64,000 nucleotides of DNA from Takakia lepidozioides (taxonomy: Eukaryota > Plantae > Bryophyta): assembly GCA_030704615.1 (NCBI GenBank), contig CM060732.1, positions 45,384,001 through 45,448,000 on the forward strand, read 5' to 3'. This document shows, piece by piece, positions 46,860-60,120 of the stretch. The notes beneath the pieces are model-generated. The model searched no databases, was not told the origin of the DNA, and was given only the letters and a program-made list of their open reading frames with translations. A program made the position numbers and the translations under genes. How positions within the stretch are numbered: the first letter of the stretch is position 1; every line of letters begins with the position of its first letter.

Positions 46860-47133
46860 AGCCGCACCCTACCAGGACGTAATGGCTGCCCACGAATGAC
46901 GGCGGACATCTCCCGCCTAATGACACACCCTCCTCAAACCTAATCGTCACTCACTGCATGTTGTTTGCCTCTCTGTTTGTACAAGTCGCAGCTACTCGCC
47001 CCCATTTGTGCTATGAAGCTTATGATCGCTGTAGGAAGGTTAGAGGATAAGGAGAATCGCAAGTTTAGTGGGTGGGTATCCAAAGTCAGGAACTAAACTC
47101 ACCCATCTATCGACTGCTTGAACGTTCCTTCCA

Positions 47134-49435
47134 CATCAGGACCATTATGGTAGGCCTGGTGGTTATAACAATGGCATGGAAGGGAGAGGTAATTCAAGAG
47201 GGAATTACCAAGGAAATTCCAGAGGCAACTATCAGGGTAATCCAAGGGGGAATTACCAGCCAGGGAATCAGGATTACAGAAACAATTCCAGAACAGACCA
47301 AGGGCGAGGACCTAATGGGGAAGAACTGTGTTACTATTGTAATCAGGCAAGCCATCGCAAGGCAGAATGAGGTGAGAGCTCCTGTGAATGAGGGGCCAGT
47401 GGTGGCAGCTCACATGGTTAGGCCATGTGTTGTACCAGAAGTAAGTACAATGATAGTAACGAGAAGCAAAGCCAAACTAATACCTCCAGTAGATGAGGAA
47501 GATGATGATAATGAAGATGGCAGTGATGTGCCTGAAGATGAGGAGGCTTGGAGAGATGAGAAGGAACTGCACAAGGAGGTGGCAGATACCATAAGGGAAA
47601 TGCAGAAGAGTACTGATATTCTTATGGCAGATTCCTCTGATTCTGAAAGAGAAGAGGAAGTGAGTGAGGAAGGATGGAAGAAAGAAGCTGCAGACATGCA
47701 GAGCAATGAAGGGACTTTGGCTGAAGTAATATGTCACTCCAAAGCGGAGATTACCATTGGATAGCTATTGGCTGTGGCACCTTATTGTAGACACAGGCTG
47801 TATCAAGCAATCAATCGAATTGTCCATGTGACAGGGAACACAGACCTGAACAGCAAGGTGACCAGTTATAATGTGAAGCCGGAAGGGCGAGAAACAGTCA
47901 TGGACTTTGATGATTCTATGCCAGTAATCCAATTGAGAATTGGAAGCACAGAACTAACTGATGTACTGATAGATGGAGGCTCTGGAGTGAATATCATGAC
48001 AGACCAATTAAGGCAGAAGCTTGGTCTAAGTAACATGAAACCAGCCCCGTTTACAGTAACAATGGCAGATCAAAGAACTGTACAGCCATTGGGATTGATA
48101 AGAGGAGTTAAGATACAGATTCAAAAGATGACCTTTATGATCACAGTAACTGTGTTAAAAATGGATAAAATCATGGAAGCTTACTCCTTATTGTTGGGAC
48201 GTCCGTGGCTAAAACAGGCCAGGGTATTCCATGACTGGAATTCCCAGTTACTAACTGTGCATGATGGGATGCACAAGATACAAATTACCACTAGGAAATC
48301 TAGTAGATTACCTGCTACGAGAAGACCTCGAGGGGTCAGGGAGTATGATTGGAAGGGAGGACTGGATGAGGAGCAGGAAGCTACCCTGTTCGTTGCACAC
48401 CCAGAGTGGGAGCAGGTTGCAGAGATGCAGCTAGAAGGCCTAAGTTGTTTAAAAGGTATCTGCTGTGGTGTGGTGACAGCAACACCAATTGAAGGTGAAA
48501 CAAGCAGTTACCCACCACATTTCTATGAAGAAAGAGAAGGAGAAATGGAAATCCTAGAAGAACCAGCCACTGTGAGTTTACAGGATGAAGTGGTGACTGG
48601 TTGGACAATCACAGCTGATGAGCAGGTGAGAGAAGTGAATGTGGGAACTGAAGAGGAACCGAGGATGGTGAAGGTATGGGCTGATTTGGAGCCAGAATTC
48701 TTTGAGGAAGCTAAGAGTTTGTTTATCAAATATAGAGATGTATTTACTTGGAGCTACGAGGATCTAAAAGGGATACCACCTGAGATCTGTCAGCATAAGA
48801 TTGAACTGGAACCAGGGTCAGTACCAATCAAACAGGCAAGGTACAGAATGAATCCCAACTATGCACAGAAGGTTGGAGAAGAGATCAAGAAGTTGGCTGA
48901 GGCTAAGTTTATATACCCGATAGAGTATACAACTTGGTTGTCACCCATTGTGATAGTTCCCAAGAAGAATGGTAAACTGAGAGTTTGTTTGAACTATAAG
49001 AAGTTGAATGCTTGCACGAAGAAAGATCCTTTCCCTTTGCCATTCACAGAAGCGGTATTGGACACTGTGACAGGCCATGAGATGTACTCATTCATGGATG
49101 GCTTCGGTGGTTATAATCAAGTGCAAGTGGCAGAAGAAGACCAGGGAAAGACAGCTTTCATCATAGACTGGGGTGCTTATGCATACAAAGTCATGCCTTT
49201 TGGACTTTGTAATGCACCAACAACCTTTCAGAGAGTGATAAGTGAATCTTTTCATGAGTATCTGGATGATTTCATGCAGGTGTTCTTGGATGATTTCAGT
49301 GTGTACAGCTCTAAGAATGAGCACTTGCAAAAATGTTATGTTTGGCCAGATGCAGGATGAGAGGTCTGGGCCTGAATCCAGAGAAGTGTACTTTCTGTGT
49401 GAACTCAGGGGTGTTTTTGGGACACATTGTGTGTG
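47134..49435 (+). pseudogene. Inverted gag C-terminus, protease and RT fragment of Gypsy A1
   Basis: Near-identical proteins to 23465-25790 but on the opposite strand; VLIDGGSG, FLDD. Confidence 0.92.
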
Positions 49436-50308
49436 TCTTGGCTGGGGCTACATTTGATGCACCCTTACTTGCCTAGGTTCTCTAGCTGCTGCCCTTCTGT
49501 TGTAGTAAATTCTCAGTAGAATGGTTATCCATTTTACAGATACTACAGTGTTTCTCCTTCATGTGGCATTCAGTGGTGGTATGGCCTTCATTCTGGCACT
49601 TTGCACACCAAACACCCTTCCTCCAATGTGTTGCAGCCTCTGTGGCATACTTCTTCAAGATTTCTTCTAATCTTTTCTCATAGTTATACCTCTTCAACTT
49701 CTCCTTTCTCTTACTCTTCCTTTTCAGCTCTTGCTCTTCTTCCTCATCTGACTCATCCTCAGAGTCATCATCATCCCTTTTCTCTCTCCTGGGCATTCCC
49801 AATTGCTCAATTCTGTTCGTTGTTTCAAATGCCTCTTCTACTGTATTATGGGGTAACATATCCACTTTCTTTTGCAACTCTGGTCTTAGTCCACTCACAA
49901 ACCAAGTCTTCTGTAAACCTGGTGCTGGTACAGCAGCCAGCTTTTTCATCATCAATTCCATTTTTTCCATATACTCCTCAACAGTTTCATGCTTCTTTTG
50001 CTTTAACTGTTGTAAACTTCCATACACTTCATCCTCAGTTTTACTTGTCCTGAACCTATTTCGGAATGCTGTATTCAAGCCAATCCAGGTTAGGAAATGA
50101 TTATCAGGGAATCTTGCATACCATTCACTTGCTTTCTTGATAAGTGAACAAGGAAACAGTCTCATCTTGGCATCATCGCCATTCTCATTGTTCACAATAC
50201 ACATGTGCTCAAATTGGCTAATGCGTACATTAGGATCCCCTTTTCCTGAATATATTGGAAAAGGTGGTTTTGCCCGTGTTGGTTGTAATGCCATCTGTGG
50301 CCCTACCT
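49436..50308 (-). pseudogene. Gag capsid fragment of Gypsy A1
   Basis: Matches 25801-26678. Confidence 0.92.
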
Positions 50309-51060
50309 TCCCTCAAACTCTCGGTCGGCTTCCGTTGGAACTCTTGCAAGCTCCGCAACTTCTCTGTCCTCACCCCTTGGTAGTTCCCTCTCAACTCTTC
50401 GAAGAACTCCACAACAGGGTTGAAGGCAGACACGGGTACTAGTGCTGGTGCGGTAGTGGCTTGGGTGGACGTTGTAGCTACTATACCACCAGTCCCATCA
50501 GTCCCACTGCTGCTTGCTAAAGCTGCCGGTGCAGCGGCAGGTGTAGCCACTGCCCTCGTGGCTCTAGTGCCCCTAGTGATGGAGACATAGTCGGGTGACC
50601 AATACATCCTCCACTCCTCGATCTCAACCTCATGCCCCCGCCTAAACTCATGGTAATCATCCATAGGCGGCCCTTCAAGGTGCTGAAACAGCCCCTTCCA
50701 TGCCATGAAAGGCGTAAATAGTTGTGGATTGCGCATTTGCTGCAAATCACACCAACTATCAAACTCTTGGATAAAATCATCCAACTCGATGGTGCCCACC
50801 GCCCCAGAGTACCTTCGTGGCCCCTTGGTAGCTCCATACATCTCCTCCATTGTGTCCCACAACAATAGCAAGGAAACAACTTGCACCGCCGGTAGGAGTC
50901 CTCCTGATTCACAATCCGAATCAGAACCTTCCATAGAAGACACAGGAGGTGAAGGTGGCCTAAACCGCACACCTCGTCTCGTGTACCCACTAGTATCGAT
51001 AGTGCTCGAACTGGCACTGTCCCCAGCAACTAGTGGCACCTCCGTGTTGATAAACTGTCA
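50309..51060 (-). pseudogene. Gag N-terminal/capsid fragment of retroelement family B
   Basis: PRRYSG..ELDDFIQEFDSWC...LRSLQEFQRKPTESLRE is capsid-like; same strand as the gag-pro fragment at 2095-3059. Confidence 0.65.
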
Positions 51061-51779
51061 TTCAACCGGTCATGAACATGTCCCTAACCCCCTCTCCACA
51101 AGGTAACATGGTAGAGAACCTGTTGCGGCTTATGGTTTGGAATACTAGGTTCCCAACATAGCCTACACCTGTACCTACATCCACCGCAAGCACTCCTATG
51201 GTTGGCTGGTCATCATCTCCAACCTCACCACAGGAGAAACAATGATGGTCTGGTTGGTCATCACCCCAGCCTCACCATCGACAACATGCTCTACGACTGG
51301 CCGGTGATCAAATCCGGACCAATCACCTATAAAAACAAGCGCCCACACAAAACTAGCATGGCGCACAGTCAAGCATGCAGGTATGGAGGGGATCCAAACA
51401 CAAGAAATCAGAACGACAACTCCCCCACACCAAAAACAACTCCACGGTGTTGCTCCTGCAAGGACACCCCAGCCCAAACCCGGACTGGCTCTTGCCTCCA
51501 CCTACGGAAAGGTCTTGGCCTAATGAGAGGGTGGTAACTACGAGGAAGAGAAGCTAAAGCAATGCCTAACCCCAGCATGCCCTCATCCCAATACTCTTCC
51601 TCTCCTCTCTTCCCTCACTTGCATGACCATGGGAATATCATGAAGATACTCCTCAAACCGCCCTCCACGAGCTTCAAAATTCGGCCTTTAAGACCACATG
51701 CCAATCCTTAGGCAGTCCACCAGTGCCTCCACGAGTCAGCACAGGCCGTCCACAGGTCAACACGGGCCACCACAGACCA

Positions 51780-52585
51780 GCACAAGCCCACACAGCTCAC
51801 TGGTCACAGCCGTCACAGCCCACACAGGCCACAGCCTATCACAGCCCGTCACAGGATCACAGCCCCACAAGCCGCAGCCTGTCACAACCTGTCACAGCCC
51901 ATCACAACCCCAAAGGCCACAGGCACAGCCTGCCACAGCCCTACAAAGGTCACAGGGTCACAGCCCCAAAGACCACAGCCTGTCACAGCCCGCCATAGCT
52001 CGCCACAGCCTGTCACAGCCCGTCACAACCACACAGGCCACATGGCACAGTCCGCCACAGCTTGTCACAGCCCCTCACAGCCCCTCACAGCCCCACAGGC
52101 CACTGGGCACAGCCTGTCACAGCCCGTCACAGCCCACAGGCCACATGGCACAGCCTGTCACAGCCCTACACAGGTCACAGGGGTCACAGCCCCAAAGGCC
52201 ACAGCCCCTCACAGCCCCTCACAGCCCCACAAGCCACAGGGCACAACCCGCCACAGCCTGTCACAGCCCATCACGGCCACATGGCACAGCCCACCACAAC
52301 CTGTCACAGCCCATCACAGCCCGTCACAGCCCCACAGGCCACAGGGCACAGCCTGTCACAGCCCGCCACAGCCCATCACAGCCCATCACAGCCTGTCACA
52401 GCCCGTCACAGCCCCTCATAGCCCGTCACAGCCCCACAGGCCAGAGGGCACAGTCTGTCACAGCCCCTCATAGCCCATCACAGCCCCACAGGCCGCTGGG
52501 CACACCCCGCCACAGCCTGTCACAGCCCCTCACAGCCCATCACAGCCCCACAGGCCACATGGCACAGCCTGTCACAGCCCTACAC
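51780..52585. repeat. CACAGC-based tandem repeat array in the family-B leader
   Basis: Dense CACAGCC(C/T)(G/A)TCACAGC units. Confidence 0.95.
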
Positions 52586-52639
52586 ACCCCCTTACCTTCT
52601 CTTCTAGTTCTCTAAAGCTTGAAAACAAAAGCCCAATGG

Positions 52640-52965
52640 ACTGAAGGCATGCTCCACACATGCCCCACCCTCACTACCAGAGAATCAGCCCCTTTGCTTT
52701 CTTTCTTGCACCCACAAACCTGAAAATACACGCTTCAGCGGGCTGGAAACATGCTCCACACATGCCCTATAGGGAAACCAACCCCTTCCTTCCTTTCTTG
52801 CACTCCCAAACCTGAAAGTACAAGCCTTCATCAGGCTGAAAGCATGCTCCACACATGCATTGCTCTCACATAAGGGAAGTCAGCCCTTCCCTTTTCCTTG
52901 CTTGCCCTCCAAGCTTGAAGATGGAAGCTTCAATGAGCTGAATACATGCTCCACACATGCAACCT
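52640..52965. repeat. Four ~100-bp diverged direct repeats with core CATGCTCCACACATGC
   Basis: Core at ~52648, 52750, 52843 and 52945. Confidence 0.8.
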
Positions 52966-54706
52966 CTTCACACAAGAGGTATCAGCCCCATATGTTGGCT
53001 CCTTAGCTCCTTGATGCTCTCTAAGACAAGACTAAGCACTCCACAGCCCTTGCCAAGCTCCTGAAACCCTAAGACTTACATTTCCAGCCACAAGACACTC
53101 CTCTTGTGGTGCAAGAGCTCTTCTTCCAAGCTCTGAAACCCTAGGTGCACATACCATGGCCTTGCCGCACCTCTTAGCTCATGTTCCAGCCCTGCTCTTG
53201 CCATGACAAGAGCCTTCTCAATGCTGAAGCTAGAGATTGAAACCCAATCTCAACATACTCCACAAAGTGCACTGATTTGCCCCAAGCCAAATCAGCCCTT
53301 TCGCTTGGTCCTACAATCCTTCACACAATGAAAGCTCACATTCCCAAGTTTAGTTCTCAGCTTTGCCACCAAAGCCACTATAACCTGCTCTTGACTGGTC
53401 CTCTTCCTAATCGTGCTTGCTCATGCATGTACACACCACCTCGTAACCCACATCGCCTCCGCTTCTAACAACCAAGAGCTCCACGGTGCTCCTTGCATAA
53501 CAACCTGGTTTCTCTCATTCTCAAGCAAAAACCACAAGTGTTACAACTAACTCGTATTTGGCACTCACAGATACGAGCTCATCTTTCTCGAGTGATAAAG
53601 AAGAAGAATACAAGCACAAGCTCATGCGAGCTCACAAAGCTGAAGCATAAACTCATGCATATATAACCTCATCACTCAAATACAAGTCAAGCCAAGTGCA
53701 CCCCACGCCATGGGGAATCCACACTACGGCGCCATAGCTAGGCGCGGTGAGCCTCAACTCGAGAAAGATGAGCCTCCTGCGCTTGCCGTGAAGATAACCA
53801 CTCCAGGGCCTAAATCTGCCTTGACCCCTGGATTGACACTTGGGCCAATCCCAAATGTCAATTTGTAAAAGCTAGCTATTTTCTAGCTAGTTTCACACTA
53901 GTGGTAAAATAACTTGACACTGTGAAGCGACCGTCTCTTGATAGCTTCAAAGTTTGAGAGCATGTAGCTATGGAGGTGGAAGGGGAGCTAACCGTTGAAC
54001 GCCTCTCTCTCTCACCTTCTCTCTCACCGTGAAACGCGGAGCTACATCGCGCTCCTCTCGGTCCTATTAATTCCATCTTTTTGAGATTCAATGTGCAACA
54101 TGTGAACTCAATTCTGGTCTTGGATATGTGCATTGTGGTGTAATTGTGATCCAATGTGAAGGTCAATTCTTTTTTTCATGTTATTGAATGTTTTTTAAAA
54201 TATTAAATATTTCATATACCTACCCATGCAATATTCATATTCCCCCCATATAAAACCAAATATTGATACCCTACTGATATACCCTACTGATATACATCCA
54301 CAATTTTATATTGTTGACACCCCTTCCATACCCTACCCGGCCCCTTACCCCTATACCATGACCATACGAGTGTTGGGAAATGTGGGCCCATGTGGGCCCT
54401 TGTGATACCAGTCCAACACTGGTATACACTAGTGTTGGCCGGGTATGGCATTTGGACATACATACCCGGCGGTTATTTGCCAGTTATGCACATATGCATA
54501 ACCGGCAAATGCAACCCGGAGGGACCCGACTACGGAATGGAACCAGGGAAGGCCATCAAGCTTGCTAACCGATTAGCGAACCGGGCGTCGTGATTATAAG
54601 GGTGTTATACCCGGAGCGAGATCCGGAACAAATGTAGATGGCGTAGAGAGGCGGTTCTAGATAGGGTCCAAGAAAAATGCTTTCATTGCTTATTATTACA
54701 AAATGC

Positions 54707-54735
54707 TTATTATTATTATTATTATTATTATTATT
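54707..54735. repeat. (TTA)n microsatellite
   Basis: About 9 TTA units. Confidence 0.9.
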
Positions 54736-55149
54736 TTCTGGTCCTCTTAAATATATCAGCTGAAAATCAATTTCTCCTCTCACGGGGCCTAATTTGTGAG
54801 CCAGGTGTTTCCCTTTAAAAAAATAATAAAAAATAAAATTGTTATTGATAACCGTAATATGGGACCCGATAGTCTTCCACTTGGATAACTGGCATATTGA
54901 TAACCGAGACACTTTTTTTTGGGACCATTCTATTGATAACCTGTAACCGACTTAATTTTTGAACCACTACATTATATATAACCACCTCCATCAATATATG
55001 AAGTGAGACGTTTGTTTTGTTTTGTTTTGTAGCGTCATTGAGATCTCCCAAATTGCGGGGGCCCAGCGCAGGTGCTTAGTGCCGTTGGAAAGCCCTCGAC
55101 GAGGAGGGGTGCACCGGTTTGGTCTCATGATTTTTGGACAAGCGGTGTG

Positions 55150-55735
55150 GGAGATGTGGAATTCCAAGTACTTTTGGTCGCTGAAAATTCACAAAAAATA
55201 GCAAAAGACAAACTACCACATTCCAATTTCAATTATGCTTCATCTTCTGGTTGATGTTTTAGTGAAGTTGAATAAGTTGAATTGAAAATTTCAATACGAC
55301 ATGGTTGATATTTCAATGATTGGATGCACTTTGAATACAACCATTTTTATATTGAAGAGGTCTTTTGTCTATGGTCTTGGTCCAAACTTGGACGACTAAC
55401 AAAGCATTTGGGACCATTTTTGTCTGGAGCTTGGGTTGAGGGCGCCTTAAGATGGAGGGTAGACAATGGCCTTGAGGGTACAATGCATCTTATGCATCAC
55501 GGACGGATTTTTTATCGAGATGACACGTTGCACGAATACAAGGTAATATGAGCTGAGTATATGCAAGCGGGTGTAGATAGTTTGAATGAGAGATTTCCCA
55601 ACCTTCATGTTTTCAATGCATTAAATCTCTTCGGTCCAAAGTATTGTCCAAGTGATGAAAATGCTCATATCACTATGTCCGGCAATGGTTGGAGAGGTTG
55701 ATCTTGAAATTTGGATTGACAGAGACTGACAAGAC
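55150..55735 (+). pseudogene. Possible hAT-like transposase remnant
   Basis: LNERFPNLHVFNALNLFGPKY..WLERLI resembles the hAT C-terminal helical region; TGATAACCG repeats at 54846-54950 may be subterminal repeats. Confidence 0.4.
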
Positions 55736-55739
55736 TGAT

Positions 55740-56484
55740 CAGTTTACAATTGGGCGGTAGAGGTACGAAGTTCTTGCATCTGGAGCTGAAGACTTTGCAA
55801 TGTGGCGACCATTTCCGCAAATGTGCCTTCCATCTTAACTAACTAAGGAACAAACTTTAGTCTCGCCAAACTGTCAATGACGAGAACATGACTGAACATA
55901 AACAAGAGATCAGACTAGAGGTACCAGAGTAGACAAGAAGTCAAGGTCGGCGTGGCCGAATGCATGGTGGGTAAACATGAATCAAGATGATCTTTATAAC
56001 AATGGACAAGAGTACAAGATACTGGAACTTGACTCGAATACTGGAATGCTGGAAACTGGACTGCGGTACTAGATACTGGAAACTGGACTGGAGTACTGGG
56101 ACTGGGAACAAGAGTAGCTTGAACTTGTGTTGGCGAGACTGAAGAGTGTCCAGTCTCGCCTCCTATATATATTGACTACTAAGAAGTTCCCTAAGAAGCT
56201 TCCCCTATAGAGGTTTCTTGATGGAGAAGCTTCTTTAAACAAAAGAGGTATCTTGATGGAGAAGTTTCCTCCAAATGAAGCTTCCAGAGCAGTTTTCCAA
56301 GTTACTCTTGGTAATTTGATAAACTCCCGATAACTTGGTAACTAATGGTAAATCATGATAGATTACGATAAATCATGGTAGATTAAGATAAATCATGGTA
56401 AGTCATGATAACTTCCGGTAACATGGTAACTTGGTACTTCTGGTATTTACTCCCGGTAAGTTCTTCTGGGCTATGTCTGTGACA
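55740..56484. repeat. Probable truncated or solo LTR of another family
   Basis: Non-coding; short internal repeats (ACTGGA, GATGGAGAAG, GATAAATCATGGTA), TATA-like CCTATATATA, ends TGTGACA where a pol frame is interrupted. No TSD identified. Confidence 0.45.
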
Positions 56485-57944
56485 GACATCAGAGGAACAT
56501 TGGGGAGGGCTCGAGTACCTTTTAATTTAAAGGTTTTGCCAGAGGGTAAGGTACCGCTCACCAACCCATGCTTGCAAGCCACCACCGCATCCACAGTGTC
56601 AAGCCATTGCATCCCCAGAATGCAGTCGTAGTAAGCGCCGTTCCAGACTTCAAAATTTGCCTTCGTGTGCACCCCTTGCATGACAACTGGCACAGCTGAA
56701 AGATGTTGTTGTGTGGTCTCCAACCCACCATTTGGTAGCATAATCTGAGATGGCTGCACCTCCTCCTGAGATAATCCCAACTTGTCTGCAAATGACTTTG
56801 ATAGCATGTTGTGGGTGCTGCCAGAGTCAATCAACTACATAGTTGGTTTTCCCGCCACCTGTCCCTGAACTCGAATAACATTGTGGTTGTAGGCCACTCC
56901 ACCATCGACAACTACAGCTGACACCCTCATATTGGGACCCTTTTCAGTGGCCGATCCTAAACAATTTCCGAGGTCTGTAATGGTTACGGGCTCCACCGGT
57001 TCTTCTACTACCAAGGTTGCAGTCTGTCGGAATTGGCGTTCAAGACAATCTGCTGACCGATGGCCGGGCTTATGACAATTGAAACAGAGCCCCATCCTAA
57101 GACGTTCTTTCTGTTCCCTGGGACTTAGGCGTGGTGGATTTCCAACAGTTGGTTTCTGTCGTCCCTGATTGTCGTTGTTCTTGTAGGGTTTGAACCTCTT
57201 CCAATTTCCCTTCCTTGCTGGGGTGATCTTGGGAGAAAATGTCATCTTCTTCTTATTTTCCCCTGCACGAGCCGAGTATGCCACTCGCTGTGCCTTGATT
57301 TCACATTCAAAATTGCAAGCCAATCTATAGGCTTCAACCTCAGCACGTGGATTGTGGGCTTTGACCTTATATTTCAAAGAGTCATTTAGGCCATCCACAA
57401 AAAAATCCACCCTGTCATCTTCACTGAGAGTTGGAAAATAGCTGACATGCATTTCGAATTTGGTCTTGAACTCAACCACATTAGAACTTTCATGTTTCAG
57501 GGTGAAGAGTTCAACCTTCATCTTATGAGCGTAATCTCCAGGGAGATAGTGGGCCAGAAACGTTGATCGAAACTTCTCCCAAGTATCAATTGGGGGTTTG
57601 TCATGTTCACGGTGTTCTTTTTTCTGACGAGACCACCACAATTTTGCTGCATCCCGAAGTTATAGGGTTGCCGTTCTAATTTTTGCTTCTTTAGGGTAAT
57701 CCTCTTCAAAGAATTCCTCGAGTGACGACAAAATCTCTTCTGGCTTGACAGATGTCTTACCCACAAATTCCGGCAGCTTCACCATTTGTTTGATCTCGTG
57801 AGTTACATCTTTGTTTCTCTTAGCTCTGAACTCCAAGGAGCTAGCGTCGGATTGTGATTCGGCCTGGCTATTTCGCAATTCGTCATGTGAAGTCCCTATG
57901 ATTCTTTTCGCAGCCTGGGTTCTTTCAACTGTGACAGGAAACAC
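56485..57944 (-). pseudogene. Gag-protease remnant of a third Gypsy family (chromovirus-like)
   Basis: KLPEFVG, WW..IDTWEKFRSTFLAHY, CFNCHKPGHRSADC, LIDSGSTHN, DCILGMQWL; stops and frameshifts. Confidence 0.85.
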
Positions 57945-58419
57945 TCATGAACAATCCTTTTACAGTTCAGGTCTTGATGGAACCATATCACAAGATCTAC
58001 ACTATCTTTTTGTAAAAAAAGTGAACCATAGTCCCTGTCCTATAGAAGCCAGTGACAATTTCTAGATTAACCAACTCTAATATGCAGAGCACCAGTTATT
58101 ACATCCGGTCCACCCAGCCACCACGCCGTGCCTATCTCTTGCATCAGTTCTATCGGATCCTAGTGTCTTCCAGGCCACCATCCTCAATCCTCTTCTCATC
58201 TCTTCGTGTCTACCAGAACCGCCACTTTTTCTTCGTGTACAGGTGACCTTCACCACCTGTTGACCTCCTTGACAGGTGATCAGTACTCAAAGCTGGCACT
58301 TGTCTCTCCAAACCTTCACTTGACACTGCTCCAGCTTTCCCCCACCTGTCATTCACACCACCCCACGGCCTTTCCACCCAGAAGTCTTTCAGATTTGTTG
58401 CTCCTTTTTCAGATTTGGT

Positions 58420-60120
58420 GATGCAACCATGCACCTCTTGCCCTTTTCTAGGGTGCCAGACTTGCGGAGGGCAGCATCTGAATGCAAGGGCAATCCAGGC
58501 GTGGAATCCCCTCCCCCCTTCGCACATTATTTGCTTATAGGTCTCCAAAGCCTCCATCCCGTGCATACATGTCCACCATGGCAGTGTTCAGGATGACATC
58601 TGGTACAATTCCAGCTTTGACGATGTCACCATGGACATCTTTCCCCTTTTCCAGAGCTCCCAGTCTTGCACACGCATTGCAAACAAAAACAAACGTTATG
58701 TGGTTGGGCTTCACCCCTTCGCACATCATTTGCTCATAGGTCTCCAAAGCCTCCAGCCTGCACCCTTGCTATGCATAGCCTGCAATCATCGCACTCCATG
58801 ACACCACATCCCGTTCAGCCATACTTTTGAGCACTCCCTTTGGATCCTCGATGCACGCACATTTGACATACATTTCCACCAGGGCAGTGTTCAGAATGAC
58901 ATCTGGTACAATTCCAGCTTTGACGATGTCACCAGGGACCTCTTTCCCCTTTTCCAGAGCTCCCAGGCTTCCACACGCATTGTAAACACAAACAAATGTG
59001 ATGTGGTTGGGCTTCACCCCTTCACGCAACATTTGCTCATAGGTCTCCAAAGTATTCTTACCACACCCATGTTTGGTAAATCCTGCCAACATTATATTCC
59101 ATGTGATCAAAGATGCCATCCCACAAGCAGAGTTGCAACCGAAAGCGCCTTGGAGAGGAGCACAATCTTGAGATACTAGACCACAACTCAAAACCTTGTG
59201 CTCTCTGGATACTTCTCAGTTCAGCCAAGAAAAAGACAACCTGGCCCCTTCCAGCTGAACTTGGTGGCACACTAAAGCAGCTGGTTCGATTGGCATTTTG
59301 TTCATGAAGTCCTCTGCCTCCTCCACTCGACCTGTGCGGCCAAAAAGGTCCACCATGCAGCCAAAATGCTCCATTGTAGGAGCGAGGCCATGATTTTGAC
59401 TCATGGAATCAAAGTAGTGACGACCTTCCTTCACTAAGCCCACATGAGTACATGTAGAGAGAACACATATAAAAGTGATCTGGTCTGCATTCGATATGCA
59501 TCTCACGGTCGAGTCTGATGAGACGGCAAAACAGGCTGAAATAGGTCGAAGAAGAAGGTGCTCTCACCACATTGTCCTTGACCTTGTGTCATGATCTATA
59601 GAGGATTTGACCGACCATCAACCCAAAATGACCTCTTGTGTGTGCTGCTTGTGTCTGTAGTCAGGTAATGTCGGATTGGTCTGTGAAAACCACCACGGTG
59701 GCAGCTGAGCAGACATAGATTGAAACACGACCTGCTAAAGACCAAGCTGACTCTCCCAAGAACCTTGTAAACATCAGGAATTATACAAAATCATGGTACT
59801 AACAAGAAGAGCCAAGAGCCCACAATGGAAAAACTTCTTTACATGGTACGTTAAGAAAAAGTCACACCTTGCGATTGCGGTTGTCCCACCATCGTGAAGC
59901 ATGTTTAAAAATGCCAGCTCTGCTTCGTACTCCAAGGTAGACATTTGTGCTCGAAAATCTGACCTCTTTCCCTTTTTCCAGGGCTCCCAGGCTTGCACAC
60001 GCATTGCAAACACAAACAAACGTGATGTGGTTGGGCTTCACCCCTTCCCGCATCATTTGCTCATAGGTCTCCAAAGCATCCCATAAATCCTGCCAACATT
60101 ATATTCCACGTGATCAAAGA
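58420..60120 (-). pseudogene. Fragmented PLS-class PPR gene pieces
   Basis: Repeated ETYEQM..EGVKPNHITFV.V.NAC..LGALEKGK.VH; NTALVEMYVKC..RDVVSWSAMIAGYA; L2/S2/E-type ITFICVLSTCTHVGLVKEG..EHFGCMVDLFGRTG.VEEAEDFM.KMP.EP. Confidence 0.9.

Larger units (their letters stand above)
35873..47133 (-). mobile_element. CACTA (En/Spm) DNA transposon; one terminus present, the other deleted
   Basis: CACTACAAGA begins exactly where Gypsy homology stops; ATGACTAC-type subterminal repeats at 35900-36180; Tnp2 and TnpA-like genes inside; right boundary approximate. Confidence 0.85.
3060..50308 (-). mobile_element. Old, fragmented Ty3/Gypsy family-A element (A1): pieces 3060-4837, 33311-35872, 47134-49435 (inverted), 49436-50308
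   Basis: Each piece aligns by eye with the intact copy at 15761-29096. Homology stops at CCATGA (4835) and resumes at CCATGACAATA (33311). The 5' LTR is missing. Confidence 0.8.

Noticed and set aside
46506-47070. TAGTG at 46509-46513 and 47066-47070 as the second CACTA terminus
   Set aside because: Neither matches the expected TCTTGTAGTG or is followed by the AGG target duplication.
50230-51039. Single 269-aa gag ORF as an intact gene
   Set aside because: Its last ~25 codons run out of frame into Gypsy A1 sequence across a deletion junction at ~50308.
51698-52615. 305-aa HSPSQP-rich ORF (and similar ORFs in the LTR arrays)
   Set aside because: By-product of stop-poor CACAGC repeats that are open in several frames.
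53700-53860. PBS/LTR of family B (GGCGCCA at ~53728, TGTCA at 53860)
   Set aside because: No second LTR or TSD in the window to confirm it; the boundary is left approximate.
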